Assembly (NCBI GenBank): GCA_020536535.1
Contig: JAHLWZ010000751.1
Location: forward strand, 62,001 to 126,000
Direction of reading: 5' to 3'
Length of the DNA: 64,000 nt
DNA from: Pelomyxa schiedti
Lineage: Eukaryota; Protista; Evosea
Positions 39,099 through 51,597 of the stretch are shown piece by piece (within the stretch, counting starts at the first letter, position 1; each line of letters opens with the position of its first letter). The position numbers were made by a program, and so were the translations under genes. A model generated the notes under the pieces. That model was not told the DNA's origin and made no database searches. It saw only the letters and a list, made by a program, of their open reading frames with translations.

Positions 39099-42000
39099 TC
39101 AAGATGATGAGGAGGAGCCGGAGGACACGGAGGAAAGTGATGACGAGGAAGATGAGGAGGAGCCTGACTGCGAAGAGAGGCTAAAGGAATTCGCTGATTG
39201 CGAATCGGTGTGAGTGTGTGAGGAAGTGGGCTTGTTGGGCCGTAGTTGTTGTACAAGCCAATTGTTCCAGTCCTCAAAGGGAATCTGTTGTGCATTGGCA
39301 CTCTTCCACAGGTCAGATATCAGTATGTTGCTGTAACTGACTTTTTCGTGGAGATACCGCAATTTCGTTGCGTAAGCTGTTGCCCAAAAGTGTCTGTGGA
39401 AGTTTTGTTAATTACATAGGAGAACTAGGGTGAGAAAAACACACTTAATTTGCATCTCTGCGCACTTCTTTTGTAGTACATCGGGTTCTGGAAGCGGAGC
39501 CGGGTGGTGCGGTGGTGGTGGTAGATTAGCGCGTAATTGTGAAGGCGTTTGTGTCCGCGGTGGAGGTCTTTTTGCTTTGGTTGGTTACGTTCAACAGGAA
39601 GGGGAAAGGAATACTCTTCGAATTCTTTAAGTTTGGCTTTTTTCTCTTCCAACAATTGCAGTGCTTCCTTCATATCACGATCCAGTTTTTCTGTCTCTTA
39701 ACATAAAGTAAGGTGCGCACTTCATTCATTGACACTTACCTGATTGTAGGAGCTGCTGTTTAGCTGTGGTACACGATGAATTAACTTCGTAAAATTGATG
39801 AAGTTGGGTTACATACATTGGAGGTCATCAAGTTTTGGACCCTCACTCTCCACTGCAGGGGTTGTACTTGTACTTGCTTGCCTTGATACTACTAGGATGA
39901 GACCACATTAACGTAACCAAACAAAACCGGAAGGGCTGGCTATTTTGACTGTGCTACTTTCTTCTTCACCTGAGGATGTCTTCAGCATTCCAAGCATTTC
40001 CTAATTATGTCTACGGTCACGCTGGTGAATCAAAAAAATTAATACCTCCAGAGATGTTTGCTCTTTTTCAGTGGCATCACTTGGAGACTCCATACGATGT
40101 ACCATTGTGTCACTAATAGGCTCACCTATAGGACCAGCCACTGTTCCACCATTGAAGGTGGCTGTGGAAGTATTTGCCGAAGGGATCATTGTATCTTCTG
40201 GTTCTACTTGTGAGTTGTAAGACTTTTTCTTTAGCTTCGAGCTAGCTTGGGTAGAGCCCCCAGAGGTCAAAGACGTTTTGGTACCCTGGGGTTTTTATTT
40301 TAAACAAGTTACTTTAGAAGTGCTGGAAGACCTCGTCCAGTCCCAACAATTGATATCTAGTTTGCTTGGAAAGAAGTGAAGCTTGCTCTTCAATCAACGG
40401 GAGTAAGCTGTGTCTTTGAGAACGGGCTTGTAAGATAAACGGATTCTGTTTAAGTTTAAGTTTAGGATTTGAAAGGTACTATGCAGAAACCCCAAGAAGT
40501 TCTTTAGCTGAAGGTCGTTCACTGGGATTTACTTTCAAGCATTCAGACACAAAAGAAATAATTTCAAGAGATTTAGTTGTGAGATCTCGAAAGGTTGGCG
40601 GAGGTAAGGTAGGAATCAAGAAGATAGCCTTTAGCAAGTGAGCAATGAATATGCGCCAGTACAACATACACGCATGGGGTGAAGTTCATTTAAGGGAGGG
40701 AATCCATCTGCCATTTCAATGACTATAGATAGATGTTAACAATCCTTTCTTGAAGAAGAAAAGAACCAGTTATTCCAAGTGACCATACATCCACCTGTTT
40801 TTCTTAAGTGGCGAGATAAAAGTGAAATAAATACTTTCGTGGTATAGCCTGCGCCTCCTGTACCATTTATAACTTCGGGTGCCTTTTCCACTTTCACTTA
40901 GCATTACAGTAAAAGGAAGAATACGTACCATCCAATATGGAGTTCTAAACAGTATTAATGAACATTGTGCATATTTGGACGACCTACCCAATTACTGTAT
41001 GAAGCCGTGACATCGTGTCGCTTAACCTTCCCGATACACCAAAATCTGTGCCAGGTTAGACAGAGGTGAAGAGAGTGGCATACCAGCGAGCTTGCACTCA
41101 CAGCGGTCATTGATGAGGATGTTTCCTGCTTTGACATCCCTGTGTAGCATTCTAACACTGTGAAGGTATGCAAGACCCTGCACAACGTCAATGACTCAGT
41201 GAAATGCATTGAATGTACCTGCAACACTTGATAACAAACATCGCTGATTTGGATTTCATTGAGCGTTTTATTGCATATTTTCATCAAATCTGAGCACGAC
41301 CCTGCACAGCAGTATTCCATCACAATCCAAAGATCACAATCCTTTGAAAGTTGTCACCAAGGAACAAAACAGAAGTGAAAAGGAAATGCACTTTGAAATA
41401 TGATCCAAAGTACCTAACATTCTTAAGTGAGAAGAAGGGTTAAAAGGAGGGAGTACGAGATAATGTTCGGATGCTTGCATGTCTTCATGAAATCTATTTC
41501 CCTTTTAATGTCAGCAAGATCGGTGTCCAGTTGAAGGACCTTTATTGCAACAATGTCATGAGTTTGCCGATGTTTTGCCTTCCACACAGCACCGTATGAC
41601 CTATCAATGGTAAGAATGAGAAACTATTCAACATAATTGTACATTTTTTATGGGGAAAAAAAAAAAAAAAACAAACTCCAAACAAAGAACACATCCAACA
41701 TTTACTGCCTCTCAAAGTAACAAGTGCGGAACACAGTGTTTGCTATTGCATACCCCTCTCCCAATTTTTCCAGCATTTCGAATTCTTGCTCCGGGTCCTG
41801 GAACACGTCGTCTATCATCCCCGCAGCAGCCGAGACAGACACAGTCCTCACAAACACCCTCCCCCCAGAGGCTCCTCCTCCTCCTCCTCCTCCTCCCATC
41901 ACCCCCCCGCCGCTGGCCACACTTGCACCGGGGTCGGGCTGGGCCTGCGTCCCGCTCGGGGGCACAACCACCACCACGGGTGGGGGTCGCTCCGTTGGGG

Positions 42001-42304
42001 TCGCGTCGTCTGTGGGCTCGGTGGCGGGCGGGGGCATAGGGGGCGGGACGGGCCTGGCGAGCGGGGCGCAGGGCGTGGGCGTGGGCGTGGGTGTGGGCGG
42101 CGGCGTGGGAGTGGGCATGGGGGGGAGTTCCTCGGGCTCGGGCGTGGGCGGCGGCGGGGACAGGTCCTGCTCCTCGCAGAGCAGCATGGGGTGCTGGGCC
42201 TCCTGCAGGGGCGGCAGGTGCCGCGTGGACCCGGCACGGGGCAGCCTCTGGGGGCGCGACGACCGCATAGATCCGTGCAACCGATGGCTTAGCCGTGCCG
42301 ACAT
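39099..42304 (-). CDS. STE20-family kinase, MST1/2 (Hippo/Krs)-like
   Basis: DPEQEFEMLEKLGEGSYG, MEYCCAGSCSDLM, HRDVKAGNILI, DFGVS, TVIGTPYWMAPEVI, HPMRAIFLIP; Pro-rich N-terminus; coiled coil after the kinase domain. Confidence 0.9.
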
Positions 42305-42566
42305 GTCACTCTACACTCTAGGGGCCAAAGGATTTTGTTTTCTGCTTGCTTGGCAGAAGGTTTGATGAGAAGGGAGGAGTCTGGAGGGAATACTGGGGGC
42401 ACGGCTGGTAGGCGGAGTGGTGGATCTGATATCGTGGGGAAACTGACTGGTGAGATCATTGGTTCAGCACAATCGCTGCTTCGGGTGAAAGGTGAAATCT
42501 TCTCATCGCCCGAAAGGAAATTAAAAAAAAAGGAAGAACAAAGGAAAGTAAGACGCAAGGCGAAGG

Positions 42567-44641
42567 ATGTTTCTGCGTAAGTTGTTGCCGAATGCAAGCA
42601 GGTGTGCACGGTCTCGTGTTTCGTAGTCGGTGCCTTGTATTCGCGCCTGTGCACTTTTTTGTGTTTCGTAATTTTTAACCATTTCCTGGATCTTAGGGAC
42701 ACGACGTCAGTGCGTAGTGACAACCCATTCACCGAGATTCTAGTTCTGGCAGGACACAAAAATTTCGTTCGTCACCTTGTTCTCCTTGATGACCACAGGT
42801 TATTTTTTAAAAATAAAAACCTCTATCATTGTTTGGCTTCCCAGCCATAACATTTTTAGGCTCTACTCTCATTCCTTCTTTTGAATAACCCTCACATTTC
42901 TTATAGACTTGCTTCAAGTGATGACTCTGGAACCATCATAATATGGGACTATGAAATGGGCTCATTGCTGCACACTCTGGGTGGCGAAGAGAGTGGAGGC
43001 TTGCCAACTGAGAAAGGGCATAACCTGCCAATTAGGTGCTTGCTATGCCTGGATTCTGACACACTTGTGTCGGGCTCTTCAGACAAGACAATAAAGGTAG
43101 TTCTTCGTGCACGAGCTTTATTTACTGGAATAAGATGTGGAACACTCGCACTGGTGAATGCTTTGCCACTTTAGACAACCACACAGGAAGTGTAATGGTA
43201 TGTTTCTTTTTTCCTTTTTTTTTCCCTATTTGAGCTCATTTTATTCCATCAAAAGTGCTTAGCACTTGTTAAAGAGACGAAAGACACAAATGGTGTTGTA
43301 AAATTTTGTTCCGGCGGAAATGACAAGCAAATTTGCTTGCGTGTGTGGAATCCTGCAACAAGACAAGTCTCTCTATTAGCCACTGTCACTCGTAGTGAAG
43401 ATGAAAGTATACAGGAGTGGTCAATTGCGATTTCTCATTCTTTTTACCTTAGATCTAAATTGTATGATTGTTCTTGGGGCTAATACTGTAGTTACCGGGT
43501 CCAATTCCGCCATCAGTGAGCATACGTTACTTTTTTTTTTGTATTTTAACGATTCTCGACAGTTACATACAGACTAGACAGATGTGTGACTGAAAGAAGT
43601 CTCACATTTCACAGAGAATCTGTGCAATGCCTCGTAGAGCTTCAGAGTTACTTTTTTACTCCCACCCACTGTGGAATTTACGTGTTGTAGGTCCCTACAA
43701 CTGCTTTGTTTCTGGCTCTCTTGATGGCGCCATAGTTATATGGAACTCAACTGACTTCACGCAAGTGATGATCTTAAACAATCCTGCTGATTACTATGAC
43801 ATGAAACAACATTCTTTTATTTACTGTATACGGTGCCTTCTTCCAGTTGGAGATGTATCATCTGCTCCCAAACGACGATTTTCTCAGTGTTGAACAGCAC
43901 TTTTTGATTGCAGCCATTGGATGTGGCTATATCATTTATGATCTCCAAGAGAAGCGAAAAATAGACAACAATCCAAAAGCAAATAGCATGCCAATTTCAT
44001 CGATTATACCCTTATGCAACAAGTGTGACCAAAATTGTGAAAGTGGTAAAGTTATAGACCTAACTGTACTTTGCAGTACAAGATTTGTCACCTCATCCTA
44101 CGACTCAACTGTTTCTCTATGGAACTCACCAACGGCCATAGTGACAGCCAGCGGGTATGTCCCATCCCTTCTTTTCTTTCTTCTCAAAAAAAAAAAAAAA
44201 AAAAGAGAACCTGGTCCACGAAACAGGCGCCAAGGGCATGTTGGATCAATGCAAGCCCACTCAGGGGCAATAATGTCAATGGTTAAACTAAATAACCACA
44301 GTTTTGCTACATGTTCAGACGACGGCACCATTGTGGTTTGGAAGGTCCATCCCTTTTTGTAGTTATACTCTATTCATTTTGGAACCCAGGATGAAGTTCA
44401 ACAATCCGAATGGAGAAATGCCGAAGCCGCGCTGTCATTAGCTAAACACCACAATCCCTCATTCGGGTTATCATCCTCCTCCCCTACTTCAACCACAACC
44501 TCGGCCGCGTCTCCCAACCCATCATCACAAGAACTCTCCACACCAGCGGCAACACCTGCCACAACCACAACAACCACCACAACCACATTTTCCTCACCCT
44601 CTCTTCCTGCTGACCCGCCACCAAGCATTCACAGTGATTGA
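42567..44641 (+). CDS. WDR41: WD40-repeat protein, WDR41-like
   Basis: NPFTEILVLAGHKNFVRHLVLLDDHRLASSDDSGTIIIW closely parallels the first WDR41 repeat; further WD repeats such as FVSGSLDGAIVIWN. Confidence 0.75.
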
Positions 44642-44781
44642 TTAATTTAACCAGACAGACAACAAACACCCTGTAGAAACCCTGCCTTAACCAAAACACA
44701 GTGTATACATGTTTTTCTAAATGAATTTTTCTCACAATCAAAATTTCCTAATTATTGCAACATTGGGGTTTGAGGCAAGTG

Positions 44782-46814
44782 TTATGTTCCGTGGGACTGA
44801 CCGTGACGGAGGGTGTCAGTGGTGTATTTTAGAACTGTGGAAAGGTCTGTGTACTCTATTATCGACCTGACATAGAATGAAGAGGGCATACGCAAGGCAT
44901 TGGCGAGGGCACATTCATAGAGCTTAGTGGACCGCGCCTTGAATTGCTCATGAAATATACACCTATTTCAGTTAATAAAAGTGAACAAACGCTCTCGTTC
45001 CCACATGTGCTCCTGTTGGCTAGAGTGGTTTTCTTCACAAGTTTCAATTGTACTTCCAATTGTTCCCACTTGGTCAGGTTGTAGTGCTCTCACAAGGTCT
45101 TGCAGAGGGTATACTTGGGAAGAAAGGTTATCTTCGACCCCTGTCGTGGAATTGAGAAAAAAGGAAATTTTGCAGTAGGGCAACCTGCTTTTGAAGCAAG
45201 CCACTTGATACACTGTCTGAAATACATAATTTGTTAGTATGCACGAATAATGTGGGAACATACTTAATTTTGATTTTTTCATCAACGTAAAAAGTCTGTT
45301 TTTGGTTAGGGTTAGGGTTTGTCACGGGGCTTGGCTTCTTTTTTTCCTTAGGAAAGTAAAAATAACCAGAAGAAAAAAGGTTGATACACACAAGATAGAA
45401 AAAGAGTGGTTTGTGTTTACTGGCCTTACAGAGAAATTTGGCGATGTACATATTCATTTCTGCCCAAATGGTTGCCATGTTCTTTTCAGCTTTTCTGTTT
45501 AAGTGTCAATATCAATTCTCATACATTGCTTCTACGTAGAGTCGGCAAAGAGTCCACTCCTCTCTGCAAATTCCAGTGCTGAGGACTTGCATGTGCTGCC
45601 AAAGGATATTTTTACTTGGAAGCAGACACAAACGAGCTCACCTAGGTGTTGGCCCGGGATCAATGATCTTGTGGAAGGATAGAGCAATTTCACTATGGTG
45701 AACTTTCACACACAACACGCTAAGGCCCACCTCCCTGGGTACGAAGTTGCCATTTTCATCCAGATAAGCCGGTTCAAAGGCAAGGCAAAAGAAAGGGTGC
45801 ATGTCAAGGTCTATTCTGGTTTCAGAGGATTTAAATGTTGGTTGCTCAAGAGAACCTGCCACAAACACAAGGTGATTTGTCATCAAGTCCACGAAAAGGG
45901 GTGATGGTGCTGTAGATTGGACGGTTCCCTCAACTGGCTTCCCAGGTTTTGTTGCTTTCGCGGCACTTCCAGTCTTTGTTGAATGTGAATGTGAATGAGA
46001 ATGTGAGTGGTAGCTGTGAATTGTAAATGAGGGAAACGAAATTTTTTATATACCGTGGCAGAGAGGGTGGACTTAACACTTGAGGTTGGATTTTCTGCCT
46101 TCTTTTTTTTTTGTCTGGAACCAACATATATGCGTATTCCTCATCAGTTGACTTGCTTGCCTTTTACAATTGAGTAAGTCGACGGGTGGTCATGATACCA
46201 TTAGGTGATGGCCCAGGAAAGTCTTTCCTTCGAGGTAATGCAAGGATTCATCCGCATCAGAAGAACTCTGATTATTTGTTGTCAGTGTGAGTCAGAAAAA
46301 GAGGCATGTACATGAAACAGTATCTGTTGTTGAATTAGTTCAAAGAAAGAGAAGTATTCTTGTCTACAATTCCCCAGCCCAAAGATCGTGATGTTTCTCC
46401 GTTCCACTGGTGTGCAATTAGCGCTCTCCTGACGTCCAAAGAATCAGGTAGAGTAGCAGTAAGCCACTCTCTGAACTGAGTATTCTTCACTCCCCTATCA
46501 ATTGGTCTAACAGTTACTGCCCGCTGGCAAGGTTGCTTGTCTGAGTCGCTATCTTCTTGTACAGTTGGTGTATTTGGAGGTTCTTTGGCAGCAATTTGAG
46601 CATCAACTACAGCACCCAGGTCGAAAGTGTCGTCTCCAGATCTGCTCGCAACACAATCAAATCCCGTCGGTGGCGATGTCGGTGTGGAAGGAAAGTAAGG
46701 CGTCACTGGCGACGACGCGGTAGTAGTCGTAGAACTGGTAGATGTTGACGGGGGCACATTATCACGCCTGCGGTGCTTGTTGACCTTGTAGAACTGGTAG
46801 TAGTCGTCACCCAT
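44782..46814 (-). CDS. Maelstrom-domain protein with N-terminal RRM
   Basis: FVPREVGL...FHKIIDPG, QCIKWLA, CIFHEQ...ECALA (E-C-H-C motif); RRM SLGWGIILFH..ADESLHYLEGKTFLG after splicing. Confidence 0.82.
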
Positions 46815-47019
46815 TTTTTCAAATTAATCCAGAGCCAGATCCCAGCCTCTGACACCACAGGAAAAAAAAAGAGAAAGTGGTTGCGTGTCAACTGTTTGCG
46901 TAACAACTAGACACGCCGGGGTCTCATGCCAATCAAAATTTCACTACACCCAAAACAGTTTTGCGGGTTTCTCTGAAAGTGCTGCAACACGAAACTCAGA
47001 AACCAATACCAAACCGTTC
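46815..47019. promoter_or_regulatory. Putative bidirectional promoter between the Maelstrom and RBR genes
   Basis: Divergent ATGs about 205 bp apart; inferred from geometry only. Confidence 0.5.
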
Positions 47020-49295
47020 ATGCTCACCGATACTGTGCCGTTGTCGGACCGCTCTATATGTACGAGATCTGAGAGTGTCGTAGGCATCAACCACGTTGAT
47101 CTCGACGTCAGAGAGACATTGTTTGATATGTGCATAAACTCGGTACCACACAGTAATGCAGAGTTGGTAAAAACTCGTTACGTGCACGTCTGCAATATGC
47201 GGCTTAGCTGCAAGTTGGTTGCCAATTCGCCAGAACAATCGCCCTCGACTGCGGCACCACCCCAACCGCTTTATCGGGAAGTATATTACACTGTCCCTGC
47301 ACCATCACCACCACATCCTTTGTCTCCAGTCCCCTCACCCAGTTCATCAACTTCCACTTCTACTCTCCCTCAGCCAACGGTGAACAATGTTTCACCCACA
47401 GAAAACCCTACCACTGTAAATTACAGTTCAGCAGCTCGCCGAATGCCTCAGAGAGCATATGTTCCTCCAACTCCATCTTCCTTTGATCCAATTGTTCCCC
47501 ACCCTACCAAGACAGCTAAAAGCGAAAGTACTTTCTCACCACCAACCTAGTGAATTCTTAGCTTCTCAAAGATAAAGATGATGATTATAAACTGGCCCTC
47601 TCACTGCAACCTCAGAACTGCCCTCTCTGTCTCGACGATGTGGATGTGGACGAAATGCACACGCTTTCTTGTGGCCATTCATACTGTAGGCAATGCCTGG
47701 CTCGCTACTTCCAAGGTATCTTGTTGTGGCTTCCTGTGATTTCACTCACATTTTCTTCAGAACTAATCAATTCTAAACAGTTGCCTATTTCAGTTTGCCA
47801 TTCTTCCTCCATCTAATCTCAAACTGACTAATTTCCTCCACAGTGTCCAGACCCTTCTTGCAAACGTGAGGTAAGAACTTCTCAGGGATGCTACTCTATT
47901 AATGTTATTAGATACTGGAAAAAGACATAGAGCTGTTGATACCAAGGGAATTAGTTGAGAAAATGCAGAATTTCTTGCTTGATTGTACATTTGAGAGAAA
48001 TCGAGGTAGCGGAAAAAAGTATCTATATCTTACTGGGAAATCCAGACTACAGTTGTTGTCCTTCGCCCGACTGCGGGTATGTCTTCATTTATGAAGAAGG
48101 AGATCCCATTGATTTCACGTAAACCCCTTTTGTACATGACGAGACGTAACGACCACAAGGTGCCCAAAATGCCACAAACGGTATTGCTTGCGATGTCGAG
48201 TAGAAATGCATGCTGGACAAACATGCGAGTCATATCAACAATGGTTTTAACGACTACTTCTACTTCCTGTCTCATAACTAAAGGGCCAAAATGAATTCAA
48301 AGGATACCTTTAACAACTTTGTCAAAGGTGCCAAATACAAGCAAGTAGGCTTTGTTTCATTTGATATTCTGCCTAAGTATAATACTTTTTTAGTGCCCTC
48401 AGTGTAGGTGTTGGATAGAACTAGCTAAAGGCGTGCCCCATTCCTCTCAAAAAAAAGTAATAATTAATAATAACGTTACTACTCAGGTTGCAACCATATG
48501 ACCTGCAAATGTGGGCATGAATTGTATGCACTTTTCCCTTTTCTGTGGCCCTCTAAATCAAACAACAGTTGTTATTCCTGCGGGAAGAGCTTCCCATGTG
48601 GATGTGGGCAGGATCCTCACGCACCGGGATTCCGGCCCAACAACTTTTCCGCAGCGATTTACGCCCCATGGGTTCTCTTCAAGGGCCTACAGAGAATGCT
48701 CGGCATGGGGGGTCAGGAACAACAGCCACAACCGCAACCCGAACCTGAGGACACCAGCTCACCCCACTCAGACTCGGTCTCAGAAGAGGAGCGCACTACC
48801 TCGGCCGCACGCAGGCCGGATGCCGACCGGGGATCACCGCCGCCCTCTTCACGCGATAATTGCCAGCCGCCGTCGCTTCAACCAGCCTCGCCCTTTATGA
48901 GGCAGCCGGGGCCACTGCAGACTATACCAAACACACCCGCGGCCGCAGCCGTGACACCAATGGCAACAACACTGGAACGGGCACCGCCCCACCCTCTGAT
49001 GTTAAATAACCCCCTGGCACAATTCAGCAAGCCGTACGGCCGTGGGGAGCCTCTTCCTGCGTTCATGTTTGGAAACCAGCCGACACACGCACCAACTCCC
49101 ATCACCATAAGCACAGAATCACAGCCTATAACAGTAGAGGATACAGCACAGACACAGTCACAGCCCTCTGACCCCCTAACACAGAACCTACTAAAGGGCA
49201 TAGAAGAATCAAAAGAGAGAATGCTTCTGGCACTCAGACAACAACAGCAACAACAACAACAAAAGTTCGACTACGGCCCTTCAAATAAATTGTAG
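47020..49295 (+). CDS. RBR (RING-IBR-RING) E3 ubiquitin ligase
   Basis: RING1 CPLC..CGHSYCRQC, IBR CPT..CPKCHKRYCLRC..H...C, RING2 CPQC..GCNHMTCKCG. Confidence 0.9.
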
Positions 49296-49334
49296 ACAAA
49301 AGGAAAATAAATGATACAATACTGTCACTCATTA

Positions 49335-51371
49335 CTATCTGTTTCGTCGGCATTGTCTCTTGCTGTATTTATGGTGAGGAGTATTTGCGTAAAGGGAAGT
49401 CATACCCTGTAAAGCATGGTAGGCACCCAAGATTTCAACAGTGAGGGCTTCTTTGTTGTCAATAAGGTCAGAGAGCCGAGTTAATTCTATTGACTCCAAC
49501 AGTATCCCAGTGACTTTGCCCACTTTTTCTTGAGGTATGAGTTGCTCGGCTTCCATGAATATAGCTTCCCCAATAAGCTGTTTCGTGTCTGCTTCGGTAG
49601 TGAGTGGTTGTGGTTGTTCTTCAGCACGGTGATGGTGTAGTCGTGGCGGCAAGATTGGAGGGTGATCGTAAGCAGGATACTGAAACGGGGTTACTACAGA
49701 GGGCGCTGGCCATGGCGCTGCCATTGGAGCAACCGGGTAAACTAGCCTGGGTACCTGCAAGATAATAATAAAAAAAAAAAAAGAGGGAGGAAAAGAATAG
49801 GAACACCATGTAGGGAAATGCAGGTCGAAAGGGTCTTGGTTTACTCTGGATTTACAATGAGATGGTTTACATTCTTACTACTATGGGAGCACACGTTCAA
49901 TAAATCATTTAGTGCCATAGAAAACTGAGAGACCAAATCAAAGACTGGTGACTTCCTGTCTTAATATTAACTTCCCACAGGAATTTGAAATGCCTACCGC
50001 TTGGATATGCATGCGTAAATCTTAATGCCACAGAGTGTTGATCCATTCTTTTCCTGGACAATTCTGACAGCCTCTTTTGAGGTATTGAACTCCACAAAGC
50101 CAAATCCAAGCTGCCGGGCATGTCCTTTGCGTACAAGAACGGCCGACCTTGGAACGATATCGGTAGTCGCAAAGTGTTGCAGCAAAGTGGCTTTATCCAC
50201 CTCAGATGATAAATTCTTTACAAAGACATTGGGAAATTCCGACACGTGGGTCTGTGTCACTATAGAATTAATCACAGCACTAAAATCCTGGTGGAAATGC
50301 GCAGGATACACGTGCAAGGCGTGGGTAGCCCCTTTAGGTCCGAGCATATAATTGTTCATATCATTCATAGCCTTTTTGAAGTCACAGGGATACAAGTTTC
50401 AAAAATATATGATACTTGAATAGCAGACGACGGATCTTGAAATTCAAGTAAGGCTTGATGAGTGGATGACGCATTCGAATCCTTTATAACTTGAAGCTTC
50501 AGTATGGGACCAAATTTCTCTGCTTCAAGTCACTTTTTTGTGTATTTGACTGTTTCTTCACCAAAATGAGAAACAAGATCACGTTCAGATGTAAGTGCAC
50601 TGAAGTTCTTGATACAGATGGTGGCGTCAGTCCTAGTTGGGGTAAAAGGAGCAAAGGGTCCCAGAGTGCTGAGTGAGAAGAATGCAAGTTAAATATGAGA
50701 AGAAACAAAAATCAGATATACAAATGAGTTTCATGACCACCCATTTCACGGGCAGCAGTGGAAGCTCCATCAGAACTGACAAAATTTGCAACAACCAAAC
50801 CAGAGGTACATCTTGCAATAGAAACAACTTTCCCGTACTTGTTCCTGTTATTTTTTTTTTGGTTCATTAAAAAAGAATGGTATTAACAAACACACCCCCA
50901 ATCATCAAAAAGCTTTCGATCAGAAAGGGCACTAACGTGGTCAAATACAACTTGATATGTTTTTCCAATACTCTGCGGGATGTACCTGTATCAGGAGATT
51001 TAGAATTTATCTAGTTACGTGAAACAACCATGCCGTACCATTGCACTCTGCAAGTTCTGCCCAACATTGTAGTATTATCGAGGAGCTCTATAACCTTCTT
51101 GGCTGTTTCAACACAATTCAGCAAGTCTCCAGAAATTGAGAAGAATAAACTTATAAATACCCGCCATTTCGGAAGAAAATCTGACCTGAGCGTACATTCC
51201 CGCCACCCCGGCGGTCGTATCCAGCCACCTCTTCCCGATCTTGATACTGTGAATGCGCCCACCGCCCTCGCGTGCCGCTGCAGACAAGATCTCATGCACT
51301 TCAACTGCGCCAACGTTTTTAGGCAGTCCGTAAACTGCGACACACCCGCGCAGGTGTCGCACCCCTCGCAT
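49335..51371 (-). CDS. Divergent poly(A)-binding-protein-like protein (about 4 RRMs, Pro-rich linker, MLLE/PABC)
   Basis: RRM NVFVKNLS...LGFGFVEF plus three degenerate RRMs; MLLE-like KQLIGEAIF...KVGKVTGILLE...L. Confidence 0.8.
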
Positions 51372-51597
51372 CTCGATCCGGTTTTATTAATAATATTTAG
51401 ATTGTTGCTGCAGATTTAAGGGTCAGTGGAAAGAGCAAGAGGGAATCCAGTTCCTCTCCTTTTTGTGTAAACTGATGCTTCCATGAGGTCCGACGTTTCA
51501 GCCGCTGTCCTCCAGATGGATATTAGCAGAACAGAAAACAAAACCAAAAAAAAACCGACGAAATAACGCACTTTGGACGAAATAAAAGCAACAACTA

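Noticed and set aside
41650-42365. Long overlapping antisense ORFs (also near 26100-26770, 29400-30800 and 51500-52350)
   Set aside because: Shadow ORFs of GC-rich low-complexity exons with no recognisable motifs.
45305-45320. TTAGGG telomere-like repeats
   Set aside because: Only two copies, and they encode NPNPN in a Maelstrom exon on the minus strand.
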